From assembly GCF_000011805.1 (NCBI RefSeq), contig NC_006841.2: 32,000 nucleotides of DNA. One strand, 5' to 3'. Below are positions 1 through 8,313 of this stretch, piece by piece; the stretch's first letter is position 1, and every line of letters starts with the position of its first letter. The notes under the pieces were generated by a model that was not told the origin of the DNA, did no database searches, and was given only the letters and a program-made list of their open reading frames with translations. Position numbers and translations under genes: made by a program. The stretch is from Aliivibrio fischeri ES114. Lineage in GTDB: Bacteria; Pseudomonadota; Gammaproteobacteria; Enterobacterales; Vibrionaceae.

Positions 1-173
1 TTAATACCAAAATAATCAATGGCATCTAACGTCCCTGTACCAATAACAACAACACGTTGAGGTTTTGTCTCAAGTGTCGTTTTGCCTAATTGATGAGAAA
101 CGGTAATCGTTTCAGCATAACTTGATGCAGAAACTAATAAACCAAATAACATTGTAGCGATACTTTTTTTCAT
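1..173 (-). CDS. Periplasmic ABC-transporter substrate-binding protein, siderophore/iron-chelate type (5' part only; runs off the window edge)
   Basis: Minus-strand ATG at 171-173. My translation is MKKSIATMLFGLLVSASSYAETITVSHQLGKTTLETKPQRVVVIGTGTLDAIDYFGI. It has a signal peptide followed by the 'PQRVVV...G..D' N-terminus typical of FhuD/FatB/CeuE-like binding proteins. It is absent from the ORF track because it is truncated. Confidence 0.55.
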   Translation of the reverse strand, partial: MKKSIATMLFGLLVSASSYAETITVSHQLGKTTLETKPQRVVVIGTGTLDAIDYFGI

Positions 174-215
174 ATTCTTTACACTCAAGTGATAACTATT
201 CGTATTTCGATTCAC

Positions 216-234
216 TATAATGAAAATGGTTATT
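216..234. promoter_or_regulatory. Putative Fur box upstream of the siderophore-binding-protein gene
   Basis: tATAATGAAAATGGTTATT matches 14/19 positions of the remembered Fur consensus GATAATGATAATCATTATC. It is palindromic (ATAAT...ATTAT) and lies 43-61 nt upstream of the ATG at 173. Confidence 0.35.
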
Positions 235-326
235 ATTAACCAGAATAAAAAAGTAAAGATTGTAAAGGCGTAAAAAATATAAGGCTATTAGAAGAGAGTT
301 GAGATAATTGCGGTTCTATAGGCAAT

Positions 327-362
327 AAAAAAGGCCATTATAGGGGGAATGATAATGGCCTT
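327..362 (-). terminator. Rho-independent terminator of the 80-aa ORF
   Basis: Perfect 9-bp stem GGCCATTAT (333-341) / ATAATGGCC (352-360). An A-run at 327-332 gives a T-run on the minus strand. Confidence 0.6.
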
Positions 363-384
363 AAAAATACATAGCTGGTTTTCT

Positions 385-627
385 TTAGTGCAAGTGTCTC
401 TTCGTTACTTCACATGAAAGAGTCTCATGATCAAACAAGAAACGAAACGCGTGCGAGTTAAAATATTTCCCGTCACTCCATAACACTTCACCAAAGATCT
501 TGCAGAGATCCATGTCTGAAGCTGAACCTTTCTTATCGATTAATCCAATAACAGATAAAACTTGGCTCTCTATATCCTTGGGACAATTTTTAATTGACCA
601 TTTATGAGTCATACTCATTTTTTCCAT
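385..627 (-). CDS. Hypothetical small protein (80 aa, or shorter from an internal Met)
   Basis: Intact ORF with its own downstream terminator. No strong SD at any of three candidate ATGs. I recognise no family. Confidence 0.4.
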   Translation of the reverse strand: MEKMSMTHKWSIKNCPKDIESQVLSVIGLIDKKGSASDMDLCKIFGEVLWSDGKYFNSHAFRFLFDHETLSCEVTKRHLH

Positions 628-816
628 AATAATAACTAGCCTAATGTGTTTTTATTTATTGTGCTCAAGTCACAAAACACAGTTTAACCCAATGATAACT
701 TAAATCAAGCTTTTTTGTGACTTAAGTCTCACAAAGTGAAATTACTGACAAATTATAGAAGTATAAATAATCAAAAATGAGATCTTTATCATTGATATTT
801 TACATATTTAACACAT

Positions 817-848
817 AAAAAAGGCGCTGTATTAATACAAACGCCTTT
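817..848 (-). terminator. Rho-independent terminator of the glutaredoxin-family gene
   Basis: Stem AAAGGCG (820-826) / CGCCTTT (842-848), with a T-run on the minus strand (A-run 817-822). Confidence 0.55.
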
Positions 849-885
849 GAATTACCACTTTAGTATTAATGCAAGCTGTTGGTAT

Positions 886-1248
886 TTAAGGATATTTACT
901 TTCTAAGAATGACATTATATCGGCAGACTCATACATCCATTGTGTTTCACCATTTTCATTATCAATACGCAAGCATGGTACTTTTATTCTTCCACCTCCC
1001 GCTAACAAAGCGGCTCTGTGCTCTTCATTATGTTTTGCATCTCGTAATTCAATGTTCAGTGATTGACGTTTAATCGTTCGACGCACTTTCACACAAAAAG
1101 GACACGCTTCAAATTGGTACAAAGAATACTTTGCTGTTTCTGCATCAATTTCAGTCTGTTTAGCAGGATCTCGCTTAACTCCTGAAGGAGAAAATACACA
1201 ATCCAAACCTAAAATAACCTTACCAAGCACGAAACGAATGACTTTCAT
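886..1248 (-). CDS. Glutaredoxin-family protein (CPFC active site)
   Basis: 'YQFEACPFCVKVRR...GGRIKVPCLRI' is a thioredoxin-fold CxxC motif with the glutaredoxin-like 'VP' cis-Pro region. I prefer the start at MKVIRF (ATG 1246-1248), which is preceded by a GGAGAG SD, over the track start at 1284. Confidence 0.75.
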   Translation of the reverse strand: MKVIRFVLGKVILGLDCVFSPSGVKRDPAKQTEIDAETAKYSLYQFEACPFCVKVRRTIKRQSLNIELRDAKHNEEHRAALLAGGGRIKVPCLRIDNENGETQWMYESADIMSFLESKYP

Positions 1249-1366
1249 GTTTACTCTCCTAAATAATGCATCAATAGCTAACAACGTTGAGCAAATAGAT
1301 GTTAACTAATGTGAAATATAATAATTATTGTTTTAAAGTTACTGGATTGTAACAGTTTTATTTATA

Positions 1367-1405
1367 TAAAAAAAAGCCTCAAAAGAAATCATCTTATGAG
1401 GCTTT
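1367..1405 (-). terminator. Rho-independent terminator of putP
   Basis: Stem AAGCCTCA (1374-1381) / TGAGGCTT (1397-1404), extended by AAGA/TCTT. An A-run at 1367-1375 gives a T-run on the minus strand. Confidence 0.6.
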
Positions 1406-1433
1406 AAGTTTATCGTTGTTAAAAAGCTAGAAC

Positions 1434-2930
1434 TTATTCAAACTCAACTAGGTTACGTTCAAACTCTTCATGCTGTTTTAGTACTTTATCTTCAGGCTTA
1501 CCAGTTAACTTACTAACGACAATAATCGCAATAGTTGCAAAGATAATTCCAGGAACAATCTCATAGACATCAAATAAACCGCCAGTTAATTGCTTCCAAA
1601 CAACAATTGTTACACCACCAACGATAATGCCAGCAAGAGCACCATTACGATTCATTCCTTTCCAATAAAGGCTAAGTACAATCGCTGGACCAAATGCAGC
1701 ACCAAAACCTGCCCATGCGTAAGATACGAGACCAAGAACAGAACTATCAGGATTCATTGCTAATAATAGAGCGATAACAGACAAAGCAACGACAGCGAAA
1801 CGACCCACATTAACGATCTCTTTGCTTGTTGCGTCTTTCTTAACCAGTTGCTTATATAAATCTTCTGATAACGCCGAAGAAGATACAAGTAATTGCGAAT
1901 CCGCAGTACTCATTATTGCCGCTAAAATAGCAGCTAATAAAATACCAGCAACAACCGGATGGAAAATGGCATTTACTAACAGCATAAATACTTTTTCACC
2001 ATCAATCGTCTCACCAGGCATAGAACCTGTTACATATAGTAAACCAACAAGACCAACAAGTACGGCGCCAAACATGGATAGAGCGGTCCATGCAACGGCA
2101 ATACGACGCGCTGTCGTTAAATCTTTATTTGTACGAGATGCTTGGAAACGAGCCAAAATATGTGGTTGTCCAAAATAACCAAGTCCCCATGCCACTAATG
2201 AAATAATTGCAATCGCACTTAATGGTTTGCCATCCATTCCTGTCCATAAAGTCATTAACTCAGGGTTAATTGCGACAAGCTCTGAACTCAATTGTCCGAA
2301 GCCACCTTGCATAGCTGCAATAGGTACAATCATCAACGCAGCAGACATTAAAAGGCCTTGAACAAGATCGGTCCATGCAACAGCTAAAAATCCACCGAAT
2401 AAGGTATATGAGACGACACATAATGTTCCAATTACCACAGCCACTTTGTAATCTAAACCAAATACAGTCTCAAATAACTTACCACCAGCAACCAAACCAG
2501 AACTCGTATAGAAAAGGAAGAAAAGTAAAATGAATAGAGCAGAAATGGTTTGAATGAGTTTCGATTTGTCATTAAAACGACGGGACAAAAATTCAGGAAG
2601 AGTTAATGAGTCATCCGTTGTCATGCTATAGGTTCTTAAGCGTTTTGCACAAATTAACCAGTTTAGCCATGTACCAACAAGTAAACCACCAGCAAGCCAC
2701 AACGACTCTAAACCAGCTGCATAAGCATAACCAGGTAAACCAAGCAGTAACCAACCACTCATATCTGACGCACCAGCTGACAATGCTGCCGGCCATGGAC
2801 CTAATGTTCGTCCACCCAAAAAGTAATCTGATGAGCTACTCGTTCGTTTATATGCGTATACCCCAATCGCTAACATCATTATCAAGTAAGCGATAAAAGT
2901 GCCTGTAATGGCAAAGTTATTTTCAATCAT
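1434..2930 (-). CDS. putP: Sodium/proline symporter PutP (SSS family)
   Basis: 498 aa, multi-TM. The N-terminus '...YKRTSSSSDYFLGGRTLGPWPAALSAGASDMSGWLLLGLPGYAY' is the canonical PutP signature. It sits adjacent to putA. Confidence 0.95.
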   Translation of the reverse strand: MIENNFAITGTFIAYLIMMLAIGVYAYKRTSSSSDYFLGGRTLGPWPAALSAGASDMSGWLLLGLPGYAYAAGLESLWLAGGLLVGTWLNWLICAKRLRTYSMTTDDSLTLPEFLSRRFNDKSKLIQTISALFILLFFLFYTSSGLVAGGKLFETVFGLDYKVAVVIGTLCVVSYTLFGGFLAVAWTDLVQGLLMSAALMIVPIAAMQGGFGQLSSELVAINPELMTLWTGMDGKPLSAIAIISLVAWGLGYFGQPHILARFQASRTNKDLTTARRIAVAWTALSMFGAVLVGLVGLLYVTGSMPGETIDGEKVFMLLVNAIFHPVVAGILLAAILAAIMSTADSQLLVSSSALSEDLYKQLVKKDATSKEIVNVGRFAVVALSVIALLLAMNPDSSVLGLVSYAWAGFGAAFGPAIVLSLYWKGMNRNGALAGIIVGGVTIVVWKQLTGGLFDVYEIVPGIIFATIAIIVVSKLTGKPEDKVLKQHEEFERNLVEFE

Positions 2931-3039
2931 TTTATTTCCTTTGTGTTATTGGCAGTAATTAACGTCACTCTTGTTATGTTGAGCTTTGCTCTATAGTTAT
3001 GGCGCAAAAATGACGGTGTAATATTCATCCTATTGAATA

Positions 3040-3747
3040 TCAGTGGTTACCACCTCCAAGTTCCAGCAGCGTAGCGTTACCACCTACCGCTGTAACATTA
3101 ATTGTTCGAGTGCGCTCAGTAATAAAGCGTAGAACAAAATGAGGATCAGTAATTGTCGTTAAACCTTCTTGATCCGTTTCTGCGATCAATTGCGCTAATA
3201 ATCCATCCCTTTGTGCTAATTGTTGATTCAATTCAATTGCTTTTTGAATATCTCCAACAAAACAGACACCAGCTAACCGCTCATCATTTATGTCTACTGC
3301 TTCTCTATCCACTTGCTGAACGGTAGATTCAGGAACATTCACCTCATGCAAGCTACTAACAATATCAGAAGTCACTTCAGAGTCTTCATCCGAAAGGGCG
3401 ACAATAATAGCGTTTCCGGCTACTAATGCTGCAGTTATTTGACCAATCAATGCAACAACCGATGCTTTTTTATCCGATGTGATGTAAAAAACACCTCTTG
3501 GAGCGGTATAAAGTTCATTACTTTCACCTGTAGGTCCGGGCATTAACTCAACGTCAGTGATAAGTTGTTGCGCTCGCTGACATTGATATCGAACCATTTT
3601 AGCCGCAAGTACACCAAAATGTGGATTCTCAGCTAACTGATTGGCCCAAGTAAGTAATTTTTCAATTCGAAATGATGCTGACTCAGATTGCCACTCAGTC
3701 AATCCTTGAGAAAGCACTGAATCAATGATTTGTGTCATTTTAGTCAT
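3040..3747 (-). CDS. Stand-alone PutA C-terminal-domain-like protein (ALDH-superfamily Rossmann-like, non-catalytic)
   Basis: 'MPGPTGESNELYTAPRGVFYI...GQITAALVAGNAIIV' parallels the PutA P5CDH segment in the neighbouring ORF. The terminal 'INVTAVGGNATLLELG' resembles the extreme C-terminus of long PutA proteins. The ATG at 3745-3747 is preceded by an AAGGAG SD. The track start (3765) overlaps the putA stop as ATGA. Confidence 0.7.
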   Translation of the reverse strand: MTKMTQIIDSVLSQGLTEWQSESASFRIEKLLTWANQLAENPHFGVLAAKMVRYQCQRAQQLITDVELMPGPTGESNELYTAPRGVFYITSDKKASVVALIGQITAALVAGNAIIVALSDEDSEVTSDIVSSLHEVNVPESTVQQVDREAVDINDERLAGVCFVGDIQKAIELNQQLAQRDGLLAQLIAETDQEGLTTITDPHFVLRFITERTRTINVTAVGGNATLLELGGGNH

Positions 3748-3761
3748 GGAGATCTCCTTTC

Positions 3762-6700
3762 TCATTTTGAAGTCGTTGTATTTGCTTTTGTATAACGAAT
3801 TAAATAACGAGGCCCACCCGCTTTAGGTCCAGTCCCCGATAACCCTTGCCCACCAAACGGTTGAACACCAACGACTGCACCAACTTGATCACGATTGATA
3901 TAGCAATTACCCACTTTGATGTTTTTCTCTATTCGTGTGTATGTCACTTCATTACGGCTATGGACCCCCATGGTTAACCCAAATCCGGTCGAATTAATCT
4001 CAGAAATGACCTTATCTATATCACTGGCTTTAAAACGAACAATATGAAGAATCGGACCAAATTGTTCATTTTCTAATTGTTTAATTGATTCAATTTCAAA
4101 CGCACTTGGTGGAACAAAATCGCCCTTTTCAGACCAATTAGGTAGTTCAGCTTGTGCAACCAGTACACCTTCTTTTGTCATTCTTTCAATGTGCGCCATC
4201 AATTTATCTTTCGCACGCACATCAATAACTGGCCCAACATCAGTACAGTGTAACTCAGGCAATCCGACACTTAGCTCAGCCATTGCCCCTTTAATAAGAT
4301 TGATAATTCTATCGGCAATATCTTGTTGAACAAACAACACACGTAAAGCTGAACAACGCTGACCGGCAGAAGCAAACGCTGAACGTATTACATCTCGTAC
4401 CACTTGTTCAGGTAATGCGGTACTGTCTACTATCATGGCATTTTGGCCACCCGTTTCAGCAATAAAAGGCACAGGAGAAACCCCTTCCCCCTCAATTGAC
4501 CGGTTCGCTAAGGTGCGATTGATAAGTTGTGCAGTTTCAGTTGAACCTGTAAAAGCAACACCAGCCACACGATGATCAGAGGTCAATGGAGCACCGACGG
4601 TTTTCCCATCACCCGGTAATAAATGTACCGCTTGCGGAGCTATTCCCGTCTCTAACAACAATTCAATAGCTCGAACTGCAATCAATGACGTTTGTTCTGC
4701 TGGCTTAGCTATAACCGTATTACCAGCAACTAATGCTGCTGTTACTTGACCTAAGAAAATGGCAAGAGGGAAATTCCAAGGGCTAATACAAACAAAAACA
4801 CCTCGCCCTTGACGTTCAATTTGGCGAGAAATATCATCAAAACCAACGATGGTTTCTGCCGTTGTAAAATTCAATTTAGCTTGAACAGCATAATAACGGC
4901 AAAAATCCACCGCCTCACGCACTTCATCAATACTATCATGAATCGTTTTTCCTGCTTCTTTATGACATAAAGCGACAAGTTCAGGCATGTTCATCTCTAA
5001 CTTATCTGCCAGAGCTTCAAGGTAATCAGCTCGCTCTGCCACTGGCGTTTGCTGCCAAATAGGAAAGTAATCATGAGCAATATCTAACGCATTGGATACT
5101 TGCTCTTGTGAACTCCAGACCAATGAGCCAACGTCATTTCCACGATCATAAGGAGAGTTAATAACATGAAGTGCAGAACCATGTTCCTTGATCATGCTTT
5201 CGTAATCTCGGATGTTGCTCACGATTGGACCACCTTGCCAATACGTTTTCATTTGTTCTTTTACTTGACGTTCAAATGGATGGGCTTCACTTTCAACATC
5301 TAAGTTAATGCTGTATGAATTTTTACGATCAGAGAAAATATATGGCGGTAGCGGAATTAATTGATTCTCTAATGATGGACACGCTAATAAAGAATCAACA
5401 GGGTGAACCGTTAAGCTTTCAATCGGACAATTCGCATCAACCAAACGATGAACAAAAGAGCTGTTAGCTCCATTCTCTAATAAACGTCTTACGAGGTATG
5501 GCAATAAATCTTTATGGCTTCCTACTGGTGCATAAATACGAACACTGCGGTTAAACATGTCCATAGCGTGTTCATAAAGTGCATCTCCCATACCATGCAG
5601 CCGTTGAAATTCGAATTCATCATGTGTTGCCATAGAGGCAATGGCGGCAACCGTGTGTGCATTATGACTAGCAAACTGTGGAAAAATCTTACCTTTTACA
5701 TGCTCGCTTAATAAGTAACGAGCGCAAGCTAAATAAGATACGTCAGTGGCCTCTTTACGAGTAAAGACAGGATATCGTGCAAATCCAAACTGTTGAGATA
5801 ATTTTAATTCCGTATCCCAATAGGCACCTTTTACTAACCTAAGTGGAATGAGGTCTTCTTGTTCTTTTGATAACGCCGTTAACCATACTAAAACCGGCAA
5901 CGCTCGTTTCGAATAAGCTTGAACAACCAGTCCGAACTTTCCCCACCCTTTTACTATGTCGCTACGATATAACTTTTCAAAAAGCTCAAGAGATAACTCT
6001 AAACGATCCATTTCTTCTGCATCGATAGTAATACCCACATCCAATTCTCGTGCACGTTCTAATAATTGCAGCACAGATTGGTACATCTCATTCATGACTC
6101 GTTCTTTATTTGCAACTTCATAACGAGGATGCAATGCTGACAATTTGATTGAAACCGTTGGTTCTGGAGAATTCGCAATACTTGCAGCACGACCAACGCT
6201 TTCAATAGCCATGATGTAATCTTTAAAATACTTATGAGCATCCGTTTGCGTTAATGCCGCTTCACCTAGCATATCGAAAGAATAGGTATACCCTTTCTCT
6301 CGCATCGATAATCCTTTTTTCTGAGCTTCTTCTATGGTTCGCCCAAGCACAAACTGATGCCCCATTATTTTCATGGCTTGATTCATTGCTTGACGGATCA
6401 CAGGCTCTGAAAATTTATTAACGAGTCGACTCAAGGCATTAGATGGAGAACCATCAGCTTTGACATCCATAGATACAACTTTACCCGTTAAAAGAAGCCC
6501 CCACGTAGAAGCATTAACAAAAGTAGAATCTGAGTTTTTTAAATGAGACTTCCAATCTGCAACACTCAATTTATCTCGAATTAATGCATCCGCTGTTTCA
6601 GCATCAGGAATACGCATTAGCGCCTCAGCAAGACACATTAATAATATGCCTTCCTTAGTATCTAAACTGTACTCGAGCAAAAGTGCATCTATCATTTGCA

Positions 6701-6938
6701 CCGCTTTTTTGTCATCACGAACACGCTGTATCAGTATCGCTGCGTGTTTTTCCATCATAACGGCTTCACGGTCTGTTGGTTTAGCTAATGGTAATAGCTG
6801 GTGCAGCCATTTGGCTTCATCAACCATGTAGAGAGGAGAAATAGCAGACCATAATGATTCTAACGGTTGCTCAATTATAGATGAGGACAATACTTCTTTC
6901 GCTTGAAACATACCTGTTTCCTCTTGTTTATCTGACAT
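3762..6938 (-). CDS. putA: Bifunctional proline dehydrogenase / L-glutamate-gamma-semialdehyde (P5C) dehydrogenase PutA, 1058 aa, no N-terminal RHH domain evident
   Basis: PRODH barrel motifs ('SIKLSALHPRYE', 'ITIDAEE', 'QRLHGMG', 'YAPVG...LLPYLVRRLLENGANSSFV'). ALDH motifs ('FVCISPWNFPLAIF', 'FIAETGGQNAMIVD', 'GQRCSALR', 'VGVQPFGGQGLSGTGPKAGGP'). Confidence 0.95.
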   Translation of the reverse strand: MSDKQEETGMFQAKEVLSSSIIEQPLESLWSAISPLYMVDEAKWLHQLLPLAKPTDREAVMMEKHAAILIQRVRDDKKAVQMIDALLLEYSLDTKEGILLMCLAEALMRIPDAETADALIRDKLSVADWKSHLKNSDSTFVNASTWGLLLTGKVVSMDVKADGSPSNALSRLVNKFSEPVIRQAMNQAMKIMGHQFVLGRTIEEAQKKGLSMREKGYTYSFDMLGEAALTQTDAHKYFKDYIMAIESVGRAASIANSPEPTVSIKLSALHPRYEVANKERVMNEMYQSVLQLLERARELDVGITIDAEEMDRLELSLELFEKLYRSDIVKGWGKFGLVVQAYSKRALPVLVWLTALSKEQEDLIPLRLVKGAYWDTELKLSQQFGFARYPVFTRKEATDVSYLACARYLLSEHVKGKIFPQFASHNAHTVAAIASMATHDEFEFQRLHGMGDALYEHAMDMFNRSVRIYAPVGSHKDLLPYLVRRLLENGANSSFVHRLVDANCPIESLTVHPVDSLLACPSLENQLIPLPPYIFSDRKNSYSINLDVESEAHPFERQVKEQMKTYWQGGPIVSNIRDYESMIKEHGSALHVINSPYDRGNDVGSLVWSSQEQVSNALDIAHDYFPIWQQTPVAERADYLEALADKLEMNMPELVALCHKEAGKTIHDSIDEVREAVDFCRYYAVQAKLNFTTAETIVGFDDISRQIERQGRGVFVCISPWNFPLAIFLGQVTAALVAGNTVIAKPAEQTSLIAVRAIELLLETGIAPQAVHLLPGDGKTVGAPLTSDHRVAGVAFTGSTETAQLINRTLANRSIEGEGVSPVPFIAETGGQNAMIVDSTALPEQVVRDVIRSAFASAGQRCSALRVLFVQQDIADRIINLIKGAMAELSVGLPELHCTDVGPVIDVRAKDKLMAHIERMTKEGVLVAQAELPNWSEKGDFVPPSAFEIESIKQLENEQFGPILHIVRFKASDIDKVISEINSTGFGLTMGVHSRNEVTYTRIEKNIKVGNCYINRDQVGAVVGVQPFGGQGLSGTGPKAGGPRYLIRYTKANTTTSK

Positions 6939-7097
6939 GATTAACTATAAAGACAGAGCCTCATAGCTAAGCTAGTTATTATTAGAGTTTATTGCGAAAG
7001 ATTCTATTTTCTATTTAGTCTGAATACTTGTCAAAACCTCCGATTTAATTGTTAAATCATCCATACGGTTACAAAATGAGAACAAAAGCAGTAATTT

Positions 7098-7880
7098 TTA
7101 ATTACGAATAAAGTTCATATTACGGTAGTGACTGGGAGAATCTCCCACTTTTTTCATAAAAGCATGGCTAAAAGCACTTTGATTAGCAAAACCTGCTTGT
7201 TGTGCAATTTCACCTACAGTAAGGGTACTTTCTCTTAATAATTTCTTTGAGTACTCAATACGCTTTGTAACGATATACTGATGTGGTGTTAAACCAAATT
7301 CTTGCTTAAAAATGGCATAAAATTGACTCTCTCCTAAAAAAACAGTGCTTGCTAACTGTGCAATTGTGATCTTAGTTCCGAGATGTAGTGTTATAAAATT
7401 GTCGATCACATCTGGATTTAAACGTTTTATTTTTTTTGCTGAATTTTCATCAATTAAATGACGCTCTAACAGGGAAATTATCGTGTTACTGCATGTTCTG
7501 CTTAATAAATGATCGTCAATATTTGATTGTATTTCACATACCAATAATTGAATTAAGTGCTGAATTTGACTGTCAAGCTGATAATAGCCCATTTTACTAA
7601 ACAATTTTTTAACTCTTGATGCTAATTCATCATCAGTAAAAAACTGAGGAAAATTAAGGACTAATATTTCTGATTGATACAAACTTAAAAAAGCATGCTC
7701 TTGATTCGCCGGAATAACTGCCACTTTACCAGCATAAATAACACTTAAATTATTATTTATTTCAAACTCAGCTTGCCCTTTCAAACCTATCACTAATTGA
7801 TGATAGTGATGAGAATGCAGTTCTCTTTCTTCCGGCAACATTATGATTTGGGTTGGTGAAATCCAGTCAATTTCCATCAT
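7098..7880 (-). CDS. AraC-family transcriptional regulator (cupin-like N-domain plus C-terminal double HTH)
   Basis: The C-terminus 'IAQLASTVFLGESQFYAIFKQEFGLTPHQYIVTKRIEYSKKLL...VGEIAQQAGFANQSAFSHAFMKKVGDSPSHYR' is the AraC/XylS HTH signature. First ATG at 7878-7880; the track start at 7883 is TTG. Confidence 0.85.
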   Translation of the reverse strand: MMEIDWISPTQIIMLPEERELHSHHYHQLVIGLKGQAEFEINNNLSVIYAGKVAVIPANQEHAFLSLYQSEILVLNFPQFFTDDELASRVKKLFSKMGYYQLDSQIQHLIQLLVCEIQSNIDDHLLSRTCSNTIISLLERHLIDENSAKKIKRLNPDVIDNFITLHLGTKITIAQLASTVFLGESQFYAIFKQEFGLTPHQYIVTKRIEYSKKLLRESTLTVGEIAQQAGFANQSAFSHAFMKKVGDSPSHYRNMNFIRN

Positions 7881-7920
7881 CAATCCATTTAACTCATCTA
7901 ATCTGATTTAAATTCAGTTT

Positions 7921-8152
7921 AACCAAGATCATAAAAACAATCTATCTATAACCACTACATGAAAGCATGATCATGATTAAACATTTTACTGCCAATGTAT
8001 TTCCTATTTATAAATGACGGACACCTCAGTACAACAAACAATCAAAGCTCTTTAATTACAAATAGTTACAATCAAATATCAAAACTAAGAATATATCGTC
8101 TCATTAATTAACTTGATCATGCTTTCATATTATCGAAACAATGATCAAGGTT
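7921..8152. promoter_or_regulatory. Nested inverted repeats, each arm containing GATC, in the AraC / FGE-like-gene divergent intergenic region
   Basis: The inner pair is perfect over 15 bp: ATGAAAGCATGATCA (7959-7973) / TGATCATGCTTTCAT (8114-8128). The outer pair matches 10/12: AACCAAGATCAT (7921-7932) / ATGATCAAGGTT (8141-8152). Confidence 0.35.
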
Positions 8153-8313
8153 AACAGATTAGATTATATAAATTACATACTATTTTGGTATAAATTTTGC
8201 TTAATACTTAATGTTAAATCTATGAATAACAGATACTCATCTGCATAGATCATTTACTACATGAAAAGTGAAATATGTAGATCAGTATCAGAATACGTGA
8301 ACGAAATTTATTT

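Noticed and set aside
716-733. TGTGA-N8-TCACA (tgtgacttaagtctcaca), resembling a CRP site.
   Set aside because: The CRP consensus needs a 6-nt spacer between TGTGA and TCACA, and here it is 8 nt. It is more economically explained as part of the AAGTCACAAA repeat set reported above.
879-1073. Plus-strand 64-aa ORF overlapping the glutaredoxin-family gene.
   Set aside because: It is fully antisense to a CDS that has a clear CPFC thioredoxin-fold motif, an SD and a terminator. Its sequence is His/Leu-rich with no features.
1822-2896. Plus-strand ORFs 1822-2178 and 2606-2896 inside putP.
   Set aside because: They are antisense to a confidently identified, full-length PutP. Their translations are low-complexity with no motifs, typical of shadow ORFs.
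5514-6831. Plus-strand ORFs 5514-5711 and 6646-6831 inside putA.
   Set aside because: Antisense shadow ORFs within a well-supported 1058-aa PutA, with no SD and no recognisable domains.
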